From contig CBDCVK010000010.1 of assembly GCA_965223005.1 (NCBI GenBank), positions 544,001 through 608,000 on the forward strand: a stretch of 64,000 nucleotides of DNA. Reading direction: 5' to 3'. The translations under genes and the position numbers were made by a program. Of this stretch, positions 21,635 to 32,051 are shown piece by piece. Position 1 is the first letter of the stretch. Each line of letters opens with the position of its first letter. Origin of the DNA: Terriglobia bacterium. GTDB lineage: Bacteria; Acidobacteriota; Terriglobia; JAJPHL01; JAPKYU01. The notes beneath the pieces were generated by a model. It was not told the origin of the DNA and did not search any database. It saw nothing but the letters and a program-made list of their open reading frames with translations.

Positions 21635-23485
21635 ATGTGTGGGATTGTGGGGTACGTGGGCAAGAAGCCGGCGCTGCCCGTCATCATCGAAGGACTGAAG
21701 CGGTTGGAGTACCGCGGCTATGACTCGGCAGGCGTAGCTGTTGTCAACCACAACGGCATGCAGATGCGCCGTGCGCAGGGCAAGCTGCGGAACTTGGAGG
21801 AAGCCCTCCGGCTGAATCCGATCCACGGCAGCTACGGCATTGGACATACCCGCTGGGCCACACACGGCCGGCCCAGCGAAATCAACTCCCACCCGCATCG
21901 CGACTGCACTGGCGACATCGTTGTGGTGCACAACGGCATTATCGAAAACTACCTGGCTTTGAAAAAGCAACTGAGCGCCGAAGGCCACGTCTTTGCCAGC
22001 GAAACCGACACCGAGATTGCAGCCCACCTGATCGAGAAGTACCTGAAAGGGAACCTGGAGGAAGCGGTGGGCCGCGCCGTACAGGACATTCACGGTGTCT
22101 TTGCCCTGGGGGTGATTTCCACCCGCGACCCCGAGAAAATCGTGGCCGCGCGCCTGGGACCTCCCGCGGTCGTAGGGTTGGGCAAGAATGAGTACTTCGT
22201 GGCCTCCGACATCCCGGCTATCCTCCACCACACACGCGATGTGTTCTTTCTCGCTGACGGCGACCTAGCCGTGATCAGCCCCAACGGCGTGAAGCTGACC
22301 GACTTTCAGGGAAACCCGATTCACCGCGAACTGCACCATATCACCTGGGACCCAATCATGGCTGAGAAGGCCGGCTACCCGCACTTCATGCTGAAGGAAA
22401 TCTTCGAGCAGCCCCGGGGCGTGCGCGACACCGTTCTGGGCCGAGTCAGCCCCGACAAGACTCGTGTGGTTCTGGAGGAAATGCAGATTACCGAGGAGCA
22501 GTTCCGGAACTTCACTGAGATGAAAATTATTGCCTGCGGGACCAGCCTGCACGCCGGCATGACTGGCAAATACATCATCGAGAAGCTGGCTCGCCTGCCG
22601 GTTGAAGTGGATTACGGCAGTGAGTTCCGCTATCGAACTCCGATCATGGGCCCGCACACGCTGACGGTGCCGATCTCCCAGTCCGGCGAGACGGCCGACA
22701 CGCTGGCGGCCCAGCGCGAAGCCAAGGCCAAGGGATCACCCACGCTGGCCATTGCCAATGTGGTCGGTAGCATGGTGACCCGTGAAGCGGCCGGCACCAT
22801 CTATACGCACGCCGGACCGGAAATTGGCGTGGCTTCCACCAAGGCCTTCACCTCGCAACTGACCGCCCTCTACTTGCTCGCCGTGCACCTGGCGACTCTC
22901 CGCGGAACCATCAGCGACGAGCAAGCTCGCTGCTACCTGCAGGAGCTGATGCTGATTCCCGACAAGCTGGAATGGGTGCTGAAGAACGACGACCTGTATC
23001 AGGATCTGTCGCGCCGCTTCTACCGCGCCACAGACTTTCTGTTCCTCGGCCGCAGCATCCATTTTCCGATTGCCCTGGAGGGCGCGCTGAAGCTGAAGGA
23101 AATCTCCTATATCCATGCCGAAGGTTACCCGGCCGGCGAGATGAAGCACGGGCCCAACGCCCTGATTGACGAGAGTCTGCCTGTGGTGGTGCTGAACACT
23201 CGCGAGGACGGGAATCCGGAAAGCGAGCTGCGCTACGAGAAGACGCTTTCCAACATCAAGGAAGTAAAGGCGCGCGATGGCATTGTGATTGCCGTTGTGA
23301 CCGAAGGCGACACGGAGGCCCAGGAGGGCGCGGACCATCTGATTCCGATTCCGCGCTCGGCCGATCTATTCTCGCCGCTGCTGGCAATCGTACCGCTGCA
23401 ATTGCTGGCTTACCACATTGCCGTGCGCCGCGGCTGCGACGTGGACCAGCCCCGCAACCTGGCCAAGTCGGTAACCGTGGAATAG
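21635..23485 (+). CDS. glmS: Glutamine--fructose-6-phosphate transaminase
   Basis: MCGIVG start, [39 protein letters not shown]. Confidence 0.98.
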   Translation: MCGIVGYVGKKPALPVIIEGLKRLEYRGYDSAGVAVVNHNGMQMRRAQGKLRNLEEALRLNPIHGSYGIGHTRWATHGRPSEINSHPHRDCTGDIVVVHNGIIENYLALKKQLSAEGHVFASETDTEIAAHLIEKYLKGNLEEAVGRAVQDIHGVFALGVISTRDPEKIVAARLGPPAVVGLGKNEYFVASDIPAILHHTRDVFFLADGDLAVISPNGVKLTDFQGNPIHRELHHITWDPIMAEKAGYPHFMLKEIFEQPRGVRDTVLGRVSPDKTRVVLEEMQITEEQFRNFTEMKIIACGTSLHAGMTGKYIIEKLARLPVEVDYGSEFRYRTPIMGPHTLTVPISQSGETADTLAAQREAKAKGSPTLAIANVVGSMVTREAAGTIYTHAGPEIGVASTKAFTSQLTALYLLAVHLATLRGTISDEQARCYLQELMLIPDKLEWVLKNDDLYQDLSRRFYRATDFLFLGRSIHFPIALEGALKLKEISYIHAEGYPAGEMKHGPNALIDESLPVVVLNTREDGNPESELRYEKTLSNIKEVKARDGIVIAVVTEGDTEAQEGADHLIPIPRSADLFSPLLAIVPLQLLAYHIAVRRGCDVDQPRNLAKSVTVE

Positions 23486-23625
23486 ACGGGCGCAACTTCC
23501 GAGGCGGGGACCAACTGGCGACGCCTCTTCAAACGAACCCACCTGGGAAATCTAGAGTTGCATGACAGCCACCAGGCTGCTAGCTTCTGGCCAGACCCAA
23601 TCACGGATTCAACATCCCTACGGAT

Positions 23626-24825
23626 TCAACCCTGCGAAGCCCGGTCTCCTGCGTCTCTCCTGATTTCGAGCGCAAAGGGAAGCAGGATGCAGAACAGCCA
23701 ACTGAACTGTCCACCGCCGAAGAACACCAGATAAAGCTGTGCGAGAGGCAGCAGCACGACCAGCGCCACAGCCGCAAGCCTGGACTTGTCTTGACGGTGC
23801 CTTACAGAGCAGCGGCTGAACAACAGGACGGCGGGCAGTACCAACAGGCTGAGGTCATGGATAAGCGCGTGGTAGCTAACCAGCACGGTGATCACCAGGC
23901 TTGAGGCAAACTGTAAGTCGAGTGTCCGCTCCGGCCTCGCCCAAGTGCTCGTGTCCCACTTTTTCATCGACCAGAACAGAAGGGCCGCGGACCCGATCAA
24001 GACGACCAGTTGCAGATAAGAAGCCGGAAGCCATGCGGCGAACAACGTGTGGGCGAAGCCGCGAAGGTTAGGCATCGTTGCCGGTAAGATGTGGAAGCTT
24101 TGACTTCCTGCTACCGACCTCATTTCCCAGAGCAGGCGCGGGTAGCTGAGCAACCCGTGCCAGCCCATGAGCAGCCAGGAGACCAGCGCGAGCCATGCGC
24201 CAACGACGGCAAACCCCCAAAAGACTCTGGCTTTCTTTCTTGCGCACAATGCGATCAGGAAGGGCAGGACCAGCTGGAACCTGAAAAGACCGGCGGCTAG
24301 GAAACACCCTGCCGCAAACTGCCGGTTGCTTTTCAGACTGAGATACACCAGCGTGTAGACCAGCAACAGCAAGATGGAGTCCTGCCCCTGAAGGAGCGCA
24401 GCCAGCAAAGGCAAAATCGAGATCGCGACCACGAGAAGCCGATCCCCGGTGCCGAAATGGATTGCGTGAGGTTCCAGCAAAAAGGCCACCAGACCCAGAA
24501 CGTACAAGTTGGCAAGGACCCACAGCAGATAGGCCGTCGAGTAGGAGAAATAGGTGAACGGGACGAAGAGGACGGCCTCAAACGGCGGATGGTTGAAATG
24601 GAGGGAGTCGCGGTGAACGGTGTACTCCCGCTGAACTCTTGCTTGCGTCTCGTAGTCGTAGAGATCGCTTGCTGAACCTTGCCGGACAATCTTGCCGGCG
24701 GCGTACAAGTGACTAAAGTCGGCGGAGATGTCGCTCCTAGACGTCTTCAGTGGCCAGAGGAGCAAGAGGAACAGAACGGAGGGTGCAACCAAGACAAAGA
24801 AGACGAACTTCGCTCTTTGGCTCAT
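23626..24825 (-). CDS. Glycosyltransferase family 87 (DUF2029-like) membrane protein
   Basis: DFSHLYAAG, FNHPPFEAVLF, GQDS, HDL motifs; multiple TM segments. Confidence 0.8.
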   Translation of the reverse strand: MSQRAKFVFFVLVAPSVLFLLLLWPLKTSRSDISADFSHLYAAGKIVRQGSASDLYDYETQARVQREYTVHRDSLHFNHPPFEAVLFVPFTYFSYSTAYLLWVLANLYVLGLVAFLLEPHAIHFGTGDRLLVVAISILPLLAALLQGQDSILLLLVYTLVYLSLKSNRQFAAGCFLAAGLFRFQLVLPFLIALCARKKARVFWGFAVVGAWLALVSWLLMGWHGLLSYPRLLWEMRSVAGSQSFHILPATMPNLRGFAHTLFAAWLPASYLQLVVLIGSAALLFWSMKKWDTSTWARPERTLDLQFASSLVITVLVSYHALIHDLSLLVLPAVLLFSRCSVRHRQDKSRLAAVALVVLLPLAQLYLVFFGGGQFSWLFCILLPFALEIRRDAGDRASQG

Positions 24826-24910
24826 GAAGTCTCTGCTGATTTGCAACTCACTATCGAGAGGCGGAGACAAGTCGCCACGTTTAGGCGGTTCCTGACTCGA
24901 CGGTTCCTCA

Positions 24911-25843
24911 TCAGAACTCGGAGGCGTGGTCCAGCCCTCGAACCAAGCCAATCCGCTTCACAGCCGTCACCACGAAAATGTACATGCAGAAATATTCCAC
25001 CGCAAACGGAGGAAACCCAAAATAACCAACCACTGGCATTTCAAAGATTTTTACGCTGGGCAAAATGGGAAAAACATAGATCCACTTTGCCGGCGCCCAG
25101 TAATTCCAGAATTCCCAAAAAACTCCGCACACTGCGCCGGAGACCAGCAGCGCGTAGAGCCGTCCCCGCTGGCCCTGCGCCAGCTCGTTCCCCAGCGAGG
25201 TGGCGCCTAGCCGGGCATTCAGCGGGTCGAGCAGGAAAAAGAAAGCCAGCCAAACCAGGCCGAACAGATACGCAGCAGCAGCGCGCGGCACCACCAGCGG
25301 GATCAGCAGCATCACCGCGCCGATCCCAGGGAACAGCCGGCGGAGGCTAGGGGGAACAGCCAGCGGCGCGTAGGTCTTCTGCCACAAGCCGGCGGCGCGC
25401 AACAGAAAGGCCGTCTCCAACATCGCCGGCCAGATGGTGGAGAAAGCCCAGGCGTAGCCGAAATAGCGCACCGCCAGGTTGAGCGGCAGGTAGGGATAGA
25501 CCCAGTTGTGCAGCCGCAGGTTGTAGGCCTCAAAGATGAGCCAGAAGGGGGCCGACACGATGACGGCGGCCAGGAACTCACGTCCCCGTCCATGGAGCAG
25601 CGATTCCCCGCGCAGTGAGTAAACCGCCGCGTCCACGGCCGCGATGTAGCCGGTCCAGGCAATGGGCGTGAAGAAGGTGGCTACCGGCTCGGTTCCCTGG
25701 AACATCAGCGCCTCGCCCAGCCCAATCACCGCGAGGCCCAGGTAGCCATAGCGTGGGTAGGGACGCAGGTGAGGGCGGCTCAGATACAGCCACACCAACC
25801 ATCCGGCCGTCAGCACCCACAGCGCGATGCCCACTGCCGTCAT
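24911..25843 (-). CDS. Multi-pass membrane hypothetical protein
   Basis: ~9 hydrophobic segments; WEFWNYWA..KWIY, FEMP..GYFGFPPFAVE conserved-looking motifs. Confidence 0.75.
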   Translation of the reverse strand: MTAVGIALWVLTAGWLVWLYLSRPHLRPYPRYGYLGLAVIGLGEALMFQGTEPVATFFTPIAWTGYIAAVDAAVYSLRGESLLHGRGREFLAAVIVSAPFWLIFEAYNLRLHNWVYPYLPLNLAVRYFGYAWAFSTIWPAMLETAFLLRAAGLWQKTYAPLAVPPSLRRLFPGIGAVMLLIPLVVPRAAAAYLFGLVWLAFFFLLDPLNARLGATSLGNELAQGQRGRLYALLVSGAVCGVFWEFWNYWAPAKWIYVFPILPSVKIFEMPVVGYFGFPPFAVEYFCMYIFVVTAVKRIGLVRGLDHASEF

Positions 25844-25927
25844 GCAGCTGCGACTTTACCACGTCAGCGACGGACAAGAACGCCTCTGCCGGCGTGTGGC
25901 CATCATGTAGTAAGCTTCGTCCGGCGC

Positions 25928-26680
25928 ATGAGCGACGTGGCCTCACGAGTTGTGGAAGCACCGGCACTGGTGGCGATTTCCGCTGACTGGTTCCTCATGG
26001 GTAGCCCAGAGGGACACGGCCGTGCCGAGGAACGGCCCGCGCACCGCGTCTGGGTGGACAGTTTTGAAATGGCCCGCTGCCAGGTCACCAACCGCGAGTA
26101 TGTGCGCTTCCTCGAGGCCACCGGACGTCGGCCGCCGCCGTTCTGGAATCAGCCTGAATTTTCCGCGCCAGATCAGCCTGTGGTCGGCACAAGCTGGTTC
26201 GACACCATGGCCTACTGTAACTGGCTGAGCCTGGAAACCGGCGAGTCCTACCGCCTGCCCACGGAAGCCGAATGGGAACGAGCGGCTCGGGGCGGCGCCG
26301 AAGGCTGCTTCTATCCCTGGGGCGACACCGATCCAGCCGGGCGGCCTGCCTACGCGCAGCGCTGGAAGCAGGGGCCCGAACCGGCGGCTACCGCACCGCC
26401 GAATGCCTACGGGCTGTTTGACATGTGCGAAAACGTGCACGAATGGTGCTTGGACTGGTACAATCCCGGTTTCTACGCCACTTCACCGGAACGTAACCCG
26501 GCGTGCGCCCAGCGGGTCACTTCCCCAGCTCGCCGCGCATCGCGTGGCGGTTCGTGGCGCCACCACATTAAGATTTCGCGTTGTGCGGCGCGCAGCAGCA
26601 TTCCTCCGGAGTTTCACTACGCCGACTACGGCTTCCGCGTCGTCCGCAGTGAACTTCGTTTTCCAGCACTCGCGGTTTAG
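25928..26680 (+). CDS. Formylglycine-generating-enzyme (SUMF1/FGE-sulfatase) domain protein
   Basis: FLMGS, VTNREY, RLPTEAEWERAARGG, NAYGLFDM, RGGSW, YGFRVV. Confidence 0.9.
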   Translation: MSDVASRVVEAPALVAISADWFLMGSPEGHGRAEERPAHRVWVDSFEMARCQVTNREYVRFLEATGRRPPPFWNQPEFSAPDQPVVGTSWFDTMAYCNWLSLETGESYRLPTEAEWERAARGGAEGCFYPWGDTDPAGRPAYAQRWKQGPEPAATAPPNAYGLFDMCENVHEWCLDWYNPGFYATSPERNPACAQRVTSPARRASRGGSWRHHIKISRCAARSSIPPEFHYADYGFRVVRSELRFPALAV

Positions 26681-26721
26681 CGCCACGTAGTGCGAAGGCT
26701 GGCGCTACAATAAAGGCTCTC

Positions 26722-27996
26722 ATGGTCTCTGCGAATGGCAATCGTCTGCGGCGCGTGGTGGTAACGGGCATCGGTGCCGTCAGCCCAAACGGAGTGGGCC
26801 GTGAGGCCTTCTGGCAGGCGACCTGCGAAGGACGCAGTGGCATTCGCCGCATCTCGCTGTTTGACCCTTCGTCGCTGGCCGTGCACATTGCCGGGGAAAT
26901 CCCCGACTTCGAGCCGGACCGCTATGTTACTCCCAAGGAACGCCAGCACGTATCACGCGCGGTGCCCGTGGCGCTGGCGGCCTCCGAGGAAGCGCTGGCC
27001 GACGCCGGCCTCGATCCGCACGCAATGGACCTGGAGGCCAAGCGCAACGTAGCGGTGGTGCTGGGCTCGGGCGGCGGCAGCCAGGAGTTCACCGAGGAGC
27101 AGTACCGGCTCTACTACGCCGGCGAGATCAAGAAGGTCAGCGTCTATACGATTCCCTCCTCCACCATCGGCACCCTGTCCAGCGAAATCTCCATGCGCTT
27201 TGGCTTCCGGGGCTTCAGCCACCTGGTCTCCACCGGCTGCACATCCTCGACCGACGCGCTGGGCTACGCGTTCCGCAACATCCAAACGGGAGTGATCGAT
27301 ACGGTGCTGGCCGGAGGCGTGGACGCCCCCATCGCCTACCTGATCGTCCGAGGCTTCCAACTGATGCGGATCCTGACCACCAGTTGGAACCACTCCCCGG
27401 AACGCGGCTCCCGGCCGTTTTCCGCCGACCGCGATGGGTTCGTGCTCGCCGAAGGCGGCTGGATGCTAGTGCTGGAGGAGCGTGAACGGGCCCTGCGCCG
27501 CGGCGCGCCGGTCTATGGCGAAATCGTCGGCTACGGCTCTTCCTGCGAAGCTTACCACCGGGTGCGTCTGGAAGAGTGCGGCGAAGAACCGGCACGCGCC
27601 ATGCACCTGGCCCTGGAAGAAGCCGGCCTGCGCCCCGAGCAGATTTCCTATGCGAACCTGCATGGCACCTCCACCGTGTTGAACGACCGTGTGGAAACGC
27701 GCGCGCTGAAGCTTTGCTTTCAGAGCCACGCCCCGCGCCTGGCGACTTCCGCGTTGAAATCCATGATTGGTCACCCACAGGGAGCCTGCGGAGCCGCCGG
27801 AGTGGCGGCCACGCTGCTGGCGATGCGAGACAGCCTGGTGCCTCCCACCATCAACCTGGATCAGCCGGACCCGGAATGTGACCTCGATTACTCGCCCCAG
27901 CCTGGACGCCGGATGGAAATTCCCTACGCCCTGTGCAACTGCATCGGCTTTGGCAGCAAGAATTCCGCGCTCGTGCTGAAAAACCCCAATGAGTGA
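26722..27996 (+). CDS. Beta-ketoacyl-ACP synthase II-like (FabF family) ketosynthase
   Basis: RVVVTGIG, STGCTSS (catalytic Cys), HGTST, KSMIGH, PPTINL, GFG. Confidence 0.9.
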   Translation: MVSANGNRLRRVVVTGIGAVSPNGVGREAFWQATCEGRSGIRRISLFDPSSLAVHIAGEIPDFEPDRYVTPKERQHVSRAVPVALAASEEALADAGLDPHAMDLEAKRNVAVVLGSGGGSQEFTEEQYRLYYAGEIKKVSVYTIPSSTIGTLSSEISMRFGFRGFSHLVSTGCTSSTDALGYAFRNIQTGVIDTVLAGGVDAPIAYLIVRGFQLMRILTTSWNHSPERGSRPFSADRDGFVLAEGGWMLVLEERERALRRGAPVYGEIVGYGSSCEAYHRVRLEECGEEPARAMHLALEEAGLRPEQISYANLHGTSTVLNDRVETRALKLCFQSHAPRLATSALKSMIGHPQGACGAAGVAATLLAMRDSLVPPTINLDQPDPECDLDYSPQPGRRMEIPYALCNCIGFGSKNSALVLKNPNE

Positions 27997-28034
27997 AGAA
28001 TGGGAGTACAGGCTTTCCTTCTTCACTCTTCACT
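27991..28034. repeat. Inverted GAGTGAA/TTCACTC heptamer element (copy 1)
   Basis: gagtgaagaa (27991) pairs with ttcttcactc (28019); similar element at 63103-63165. Confidence 0.6.
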
Positions 28035-28051
28035 TATAACTTTTGATTGCT

Positions 28052-28735
28052 ATGTTCGTGGCCGACCGGCGCATCCATGTCCAGGAAATGCTCGACGTCG
28101 GCGCGGGTAGTGACGCCGAGGTCGCCGAGAGTCTGGCTGATCTGCGGCGAATCAACCGATTCCTGGGCGGTCGCGGTGTGCTGCGGAAGCTGTTGCGCGA
28201 ACAGGTGCGGCGCACGGGTTTGCGGGCCTTTTCCCTGCTGGACGTAGCCACCGGATCCGGCGATCTGCCGGCAGCGGTGCGGCGCTGGTACCCTCAGGCG
28301 CACGTCACCGCTCTGGAGTTGCACCTGCGCCACCTGCGCCTGGCCCAGACGCCCGGCGTCGGGCTGGTTTGCGGCAACGCCTTCCACGCCCCGTTTGCGA
28401 CGCGCTCCTTCGATTTTGTGGCCGTTTCCCTGTTCCTCCACCATTGGCCCGACGTCGAGGTGCCACACCTGCTGCACGAGCTGGCGCGGCTGGCTCGCCG
28501 CGCTCTGCTAATCAATGACCTGGACCGCCACTGGGTGCCGTTCTACTTCCTCCGCTGGGCGGCGCCGCTGTTCGCGCGCAGTCCGATCACCCGTTTCGAC
28601 GGGCCGGCCTCGGTGCAGCGAGCCTTCGGGCCGGGCGAGCTGAAACAGGCAGCAGGAGAGGCCGGCTTCCGCCACTTCCGGACGCGCTGGCACGTGCCTT
28701 TCCGCAGGTCGTTGGTGGTGGAGCTGGATAACTGA
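28052..28735 (+). CDS. SAM-dependent methyltransferase (type commonly next to type III PKS genes)
   Basis: EMLD..SLADLRRINRFLGG, LLDVATGSGD, SLFLHH, INDL, DGPASV. Confidence 0.85.
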   Translation: MFVADRRIHVQEMLDVGAGSDAEVAESLADLRRINRFLGGRGVLRKLLREQVRRTGLRAFSLLDVATGSGDLPAAVRRWYPQAHVTALELHLRHLRLAQTPGVGLVCGNAFHAPFATRSFDFVAVSLFLHHWPDVEVPHLLHELARLARRALLINDLDRHWVPFYFLRWAAPLFARSPITRFDGPASVQRAFGPGELKQAAGEAGFRHFRTRWHVPFRRSLVVELDN

Positions 28736-28807
28736 TTGTCGATTTCGGATTGTCCATTGCCTGTAGCCGAGACCTGATGGCTGAAGGCTGACACCGGAGA
28801 GCCATTT

Positions 28808-29947
28808 ATGTGGGACGTAGCAGTTGTCGGTGCTGGACCGGCCGGATGCGCCGCGGCCATCGAACTGGCGCGGGCAGGCGCCAAGATCGGCCTGTTGGAG
28901 AAAGCGGCCTTCCCGCGCGACAAGCTGTGCGGCGAGTTTCTCTCGCCGGTGGGAGCACGCGTCGTGGAGGAACTGGGTTGTGGCCGGCAGTTTCACGCGG
29001 CGCAACCGGCCCCCATCGAGCGCGCAGTGGTGGTGACGGCCTCGGGCGCGCAATTGGAATTTTCCTTCCCTGCCCGCGCCTACGGCCTGTCGCGCCTGCG
29101 GTTTGATCACCTGCTGGCCCGAGCGGCACAGGCTGCCGGCGCGCAACTGATCGAGAAGGCTGAGATCGTCCGCCTGGAGAATGCTAGCCAGACCCTGTCG
29201 ACGCGTGACGGCCGGAAGTTTCAGTCGCGAATGGTGTTGCTGGCGTCCGGGCGACACTCGCTGCTACAGCCCCTGACTCCCGATTCATCGACCGGTCGCA
29301 CAGCACTCTGGTCTGCCCGGAGGGAAAAGCAGGCCAACCCTGCATATTTCGCTTTCAAAGCGCACTATCGGGGCGAATGCGCCGGCCGGGTGGAACTCTA
29401 CTTCTTCCCCGGTGGCTACTGCGGCCTGGCGCCGATTGAGGGCGGACGGGTGAACTTGTGCTGCTTGGTGGAGAAAGGCCTCCTCGCTACCGGCTCGGCC
29501 GAGCAGGTGCTGGCGCGCGTCCCCGCCCTGCGCGCGCGCCTGGCCGGATGGAGGCGTGAAGAACCCTTTCTGTTCACGGGGCCGGTGTCCATGGGCTGGC
29601 GCCACCCCCCATCCGACCTGCTGGCGGCCGGCGATGCAGCGCTGTTTCCGGATCCGTTTACCGGTCAAGGGATGTCGGTAGCGCTGGAAAATGGGCGCAT
29701 GGCGGCTCGGCATGCGATGTCCGGCAGCGAAGCTGTCTCTGAATCCATCGAAGCCTACTCCCGGGAATTGCAGAGGCGCTTCGGGGGACAACTGCGTGCG
29801 GCCCGCCTGCTTCGCGCAGTCACGACGCCCTGGCTGGAGCGTACACTGCTGCGCGTGTTCTGCTGCGTCCCGCTCCGCCAGGCCGCATGTTGTGCAATCC
29901 GCCATCACAGCAGACTTGCCGTAGCCCGACCAGGTGCGGGACAATAA
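28808..29947 (+). CDS. FAD-dependent oxidoreductase (geranylgeranyl-reductase/monooxygenase-like)
   Basis: VVGAGPAG, FPRDKLCGEFLS, R..FD, GDAA..PDPFTGQGM. Confidence 0.85.
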   Translation: MWDVAVVGAGPAGCAAAIELARAGAKIGLLEKAAFPRDKLCGEFLSPVGARVVEELGCGRQFHAAQPAPIERAVVVTASGAQLEFSFPARAYGLSRLRFDHLLARAAQAAGAQLIEKAEIVRLENASQTLSTRDGRKFQSRMVLLASGRHSLLQPLTPDSSTGRTALWSARREKQANPAYFAFKAHYRGECAGRVELYFFPGGYCGLAPIEGGRVNLCCLVEKGLLATGSAEQVLARVPALRARLAGWRREEPFLFTGPVSMGWRHPPSDLLAAGDAALFPDPFTGQGMSVALENGRMAARHAMSGSEAVSESIEAYSRELQRRFGGQLRAARLLRAVTTPWLERTLLRVFCCVPLRQAACCAIRHHSRLAVARPGAGQ

Positions 29948-29956
29948 TCAGAGGAC

Positions 29957-30030
29957 TGCCTGGTCGTTCAATGGTAGGACGCAGGACTTTGGATCCTGTT
30001 ATGGAGGTTCGAATCCTCCCCAGGCAGCCA
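29957..30030 (+). tRNA. tRNA-Gln (TTG)
   Basis: Cloverleaf: acceptor tgcctgg/ccaggca, anticodon arm cagga-ctTTGga-tcctg, GGTTCGAATCC T-arm, encoded CCA. Confidence 0.95.
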
Positions 30031-30100
30031 AGCAGGCCCAGGCAGCCAAGCAGGCCCAGGCGGCCAAAGCGGGCCCAAGCAGCCGAACAGCTAAGCAGCC
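30019..30100 (+). repeat. tRNA-linked tandem repeats (18-19 nt) of the tRNA 3' end
   Basis: cccaggcagccaagcagg x2 exact (30019, 30037), then degenerate copies at 30055, 30074 and ~30091. Confidence 0.85.
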
Positions 30101-30213
30101 TTGGCCTCCACCCGGAGCCGAGAGCATCACCCAGGAAGCGTCAAAGAGTCCGAGGACGTTTGTTTGCCTGCTGAAAGGAAGCCTTTCGTTTTTCTTTGAC
30201 CAGCCCGCCCCTG

Positions 30214-30597
30214 TTAGGCAGAGCTGGCGGCACGGGTGGTTCGAACGTTTGAGTCCTGGAGAACCCCCTGGTCGGACTTGTCTCGAAGGCGCATGAATTC
30301 GTGCCGTTCGATCTTCACGGCGACGCCCATCCGGTTCCGGCGACCGCGGTCCACCCGCACCACACGGCCCACGCAGCGCAACCGCACAGGGGTGGCTTGG
30401 GTGATGAATTCCGGCAGGGTCACTACCAGTTCCATCGTCATCCCCGGATGTACTTCCTCGTCGCAGTGCAGCAAAACGCCAGCGGAGCTGATGTCGCTGG
30501 TATGGACCGTCCGGGGCGACTCCTCCGGATCCTCCGCCATGAGAATCACCGGCAAGGCCAACTCAAAACGGCGAGCGCTACGTTTTTCTTTCCTCAT
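30214..30597 (-). CDS. PilZ domain protein
   Basis: KRSARRF (RxxxR) and DISSAG (DxSxxG) c-di-GMP motifs; GRVVRV. Confidence 0.85.
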   Translation of the reverse strand: MRKEKRSARRFELALPVILMAEDPEESPRTVHTSDISSAGVLLHCDEEVHPGMTMELVVTLPEFITQATPVRLRCVGRVVRVDRGRRNRMGVAVKIERHEFMRLRDKSDQGVLQDSNVRTTRAASSA

Positions 30598-30780
30598 GAT
30601 GCGCGTGTACCTCGATCAAGAATGGAGGGCATTGTAGGGAGCCGGTGCCCGGCCTTCAATAGACCGGAAGGCACATTTTTGACGCAGTACGAACTTCCCA
30701 TCTCAGAACCCGGGACTACTAGTACTAGGGGCCAGGGCGATTCCGGAACGGTGATAAAATGTTTGAAGAGAGAATCTTCC

Positions 30781-31986
30781 GTGGAGCAAGCCGTCCTTCT
30801 AAGCGCGGTCCGCACGCCGGTGGGCAAATTTCAGGGAGGCCTGGCTCCGATGCCTGCGACGCTGCTGGGAGCAACCGTCGTGCGTGAGGCGGTTCGCAGG
30901 GCAGGCATCGAGCCGGAGCAGGTGGACGAGGTCATTCTGGGAAACGTGTTGAGCGCCGGATTGGGGCAAAACCCGGCACGGCAAGCGGCGCTCCGCGGCG
31001 GCCTCGCCCACCGAGTTTCCGCCATGACCATCAACAAGGTTTGTGGTTCTGGCCTGAAGGCCGTCGGCCTGGCGGTGCAGGCGATTCAAACCGGCAACGC
31101 GGAAGTGGTGGTGGCCGGCGGTATGGAGTCGATGTCCAACGCGCCCTACCTGATTCCCAAGGCGCGTTCCGGGCTGCGCCTGGGACACGGCGAACTAGTG
31201 GACTCGATGATCCTGGATGGCCTTTGGGATGTCTACGAAGATTGCCACATGGGCATAACGGCTGAAGTGGTGGCGGCGAAGTATGGCATCTGTCGAGAAG
31301 AACAGGATGAGTTTGCGGTTCAGAGTCACCGCAAGGCGGTGGCCGCCACGAGGGCCTGCCGCTTTGAGTCGCAGATGGTCCCTGTGGAGGTGCCGCAGAG
31401 TAAGAGCCGAACGGTTCGGATCGAGAAGGATGAATCGCCGCGCGAGGACAGCTCGCTCGAGGCGCTGGCTCGGCTGAAGCCTGTTTTCCAAAAGGACGGT
31501 ACTGTGACCCCAGGCAATGCTCCGGGAATGAACGACGGGGCGGCGGCTGTGGTCGTGGCCTCCGAATCGGTGGCGAGCCGACTGGGACGCGCCCCCCTGG
31601 CCCGCGTGGTGGGCCAGTCCACCAGTGGCATCGCTCCCCGCATGGTGATGATGGCTCCGGTGGAAGCCGTGAATCAATTGCTGGCCAAGGTCGGTTGGGA
31701 CCGTGGCGGGGTGGACCTCTACGAATTGAACGAAGCCTTCGCCGTGCAGGCCCTGGCGGTGATCCGCGAACTGCGACTGGGCCCCGCCAGGGTCAACGTC
31801 AACGGCGGCGCCGTGGCATTAGGCCACCCCATTGGGGCCAGCGGCGCACGAATCCTGGTGACGCTGCTGCACGAGATGATCGCCCGCAACGTTCGCCGGG
31901 GCGTGGCTGCGCTCTGCCTGGGTGGGGGTAACGCAGTTGCGCTGGCTGTGGAACGAAGCGAATCAAGACTGAAGAGTGCCGCCTGA
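30781..31986 (+). CDS. Acetyl-CoA C-acetyltransferase (thiolase)
   Basis: [30 protein letters not shown]; GTG start. Confidence 0.95.
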   Translation: MEQAVLLSAVRTPVGKFQGGLAPMPATLLGATVVREAVRRAGIEPEQVDEVILGNVLSAGLGQNPARQAALRGGLAHRVSAMTINKVCGSGLKAVGLAVQAIQTGNAEVVVAGGMESMSNAPYLIPKARSGLRLGHGELVDSMILDGLWDVYEDCHMGITAEVVAAKYGICREEQDEFAVQSHRKAVAATRACRFESQMVPVEVPQSKSRTVRIEKDESPREDSSLEALARLKPVFQKDGTVTPGNAPGMNDGAAAVVVASESVASRLGRAPLARVVGQSTSGIAPRMVMMAPVEAVNQLLAKVGWDRGGVDLYELNEAFAVQALAVIRELRLGPARVNVNGGAVALGHPIGASGARILVTLLHEMIARNVRRGVAALCLGGGNAVALAVERSESRLKSAA

Positions 31987-32051
31987 TCAGGAATCAGGAC
32001 GACAGGGAGATATGGAAGAAGGTTTGGTTTGCGTTCTTACCTGTTCTCTGT

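Noticed and set aside
23486-23625. Tn7-like insertion at the attTn7 site downstream of glmS
   Set aside because: No TGT-starting transposon end about 25 bp after the stop and no tns genes; the site appears empty.
30019-30100. CRISPR array
   Set aside because: The units are contiguous without unique spacers and derive from the tRNA end; no cas genes are present.
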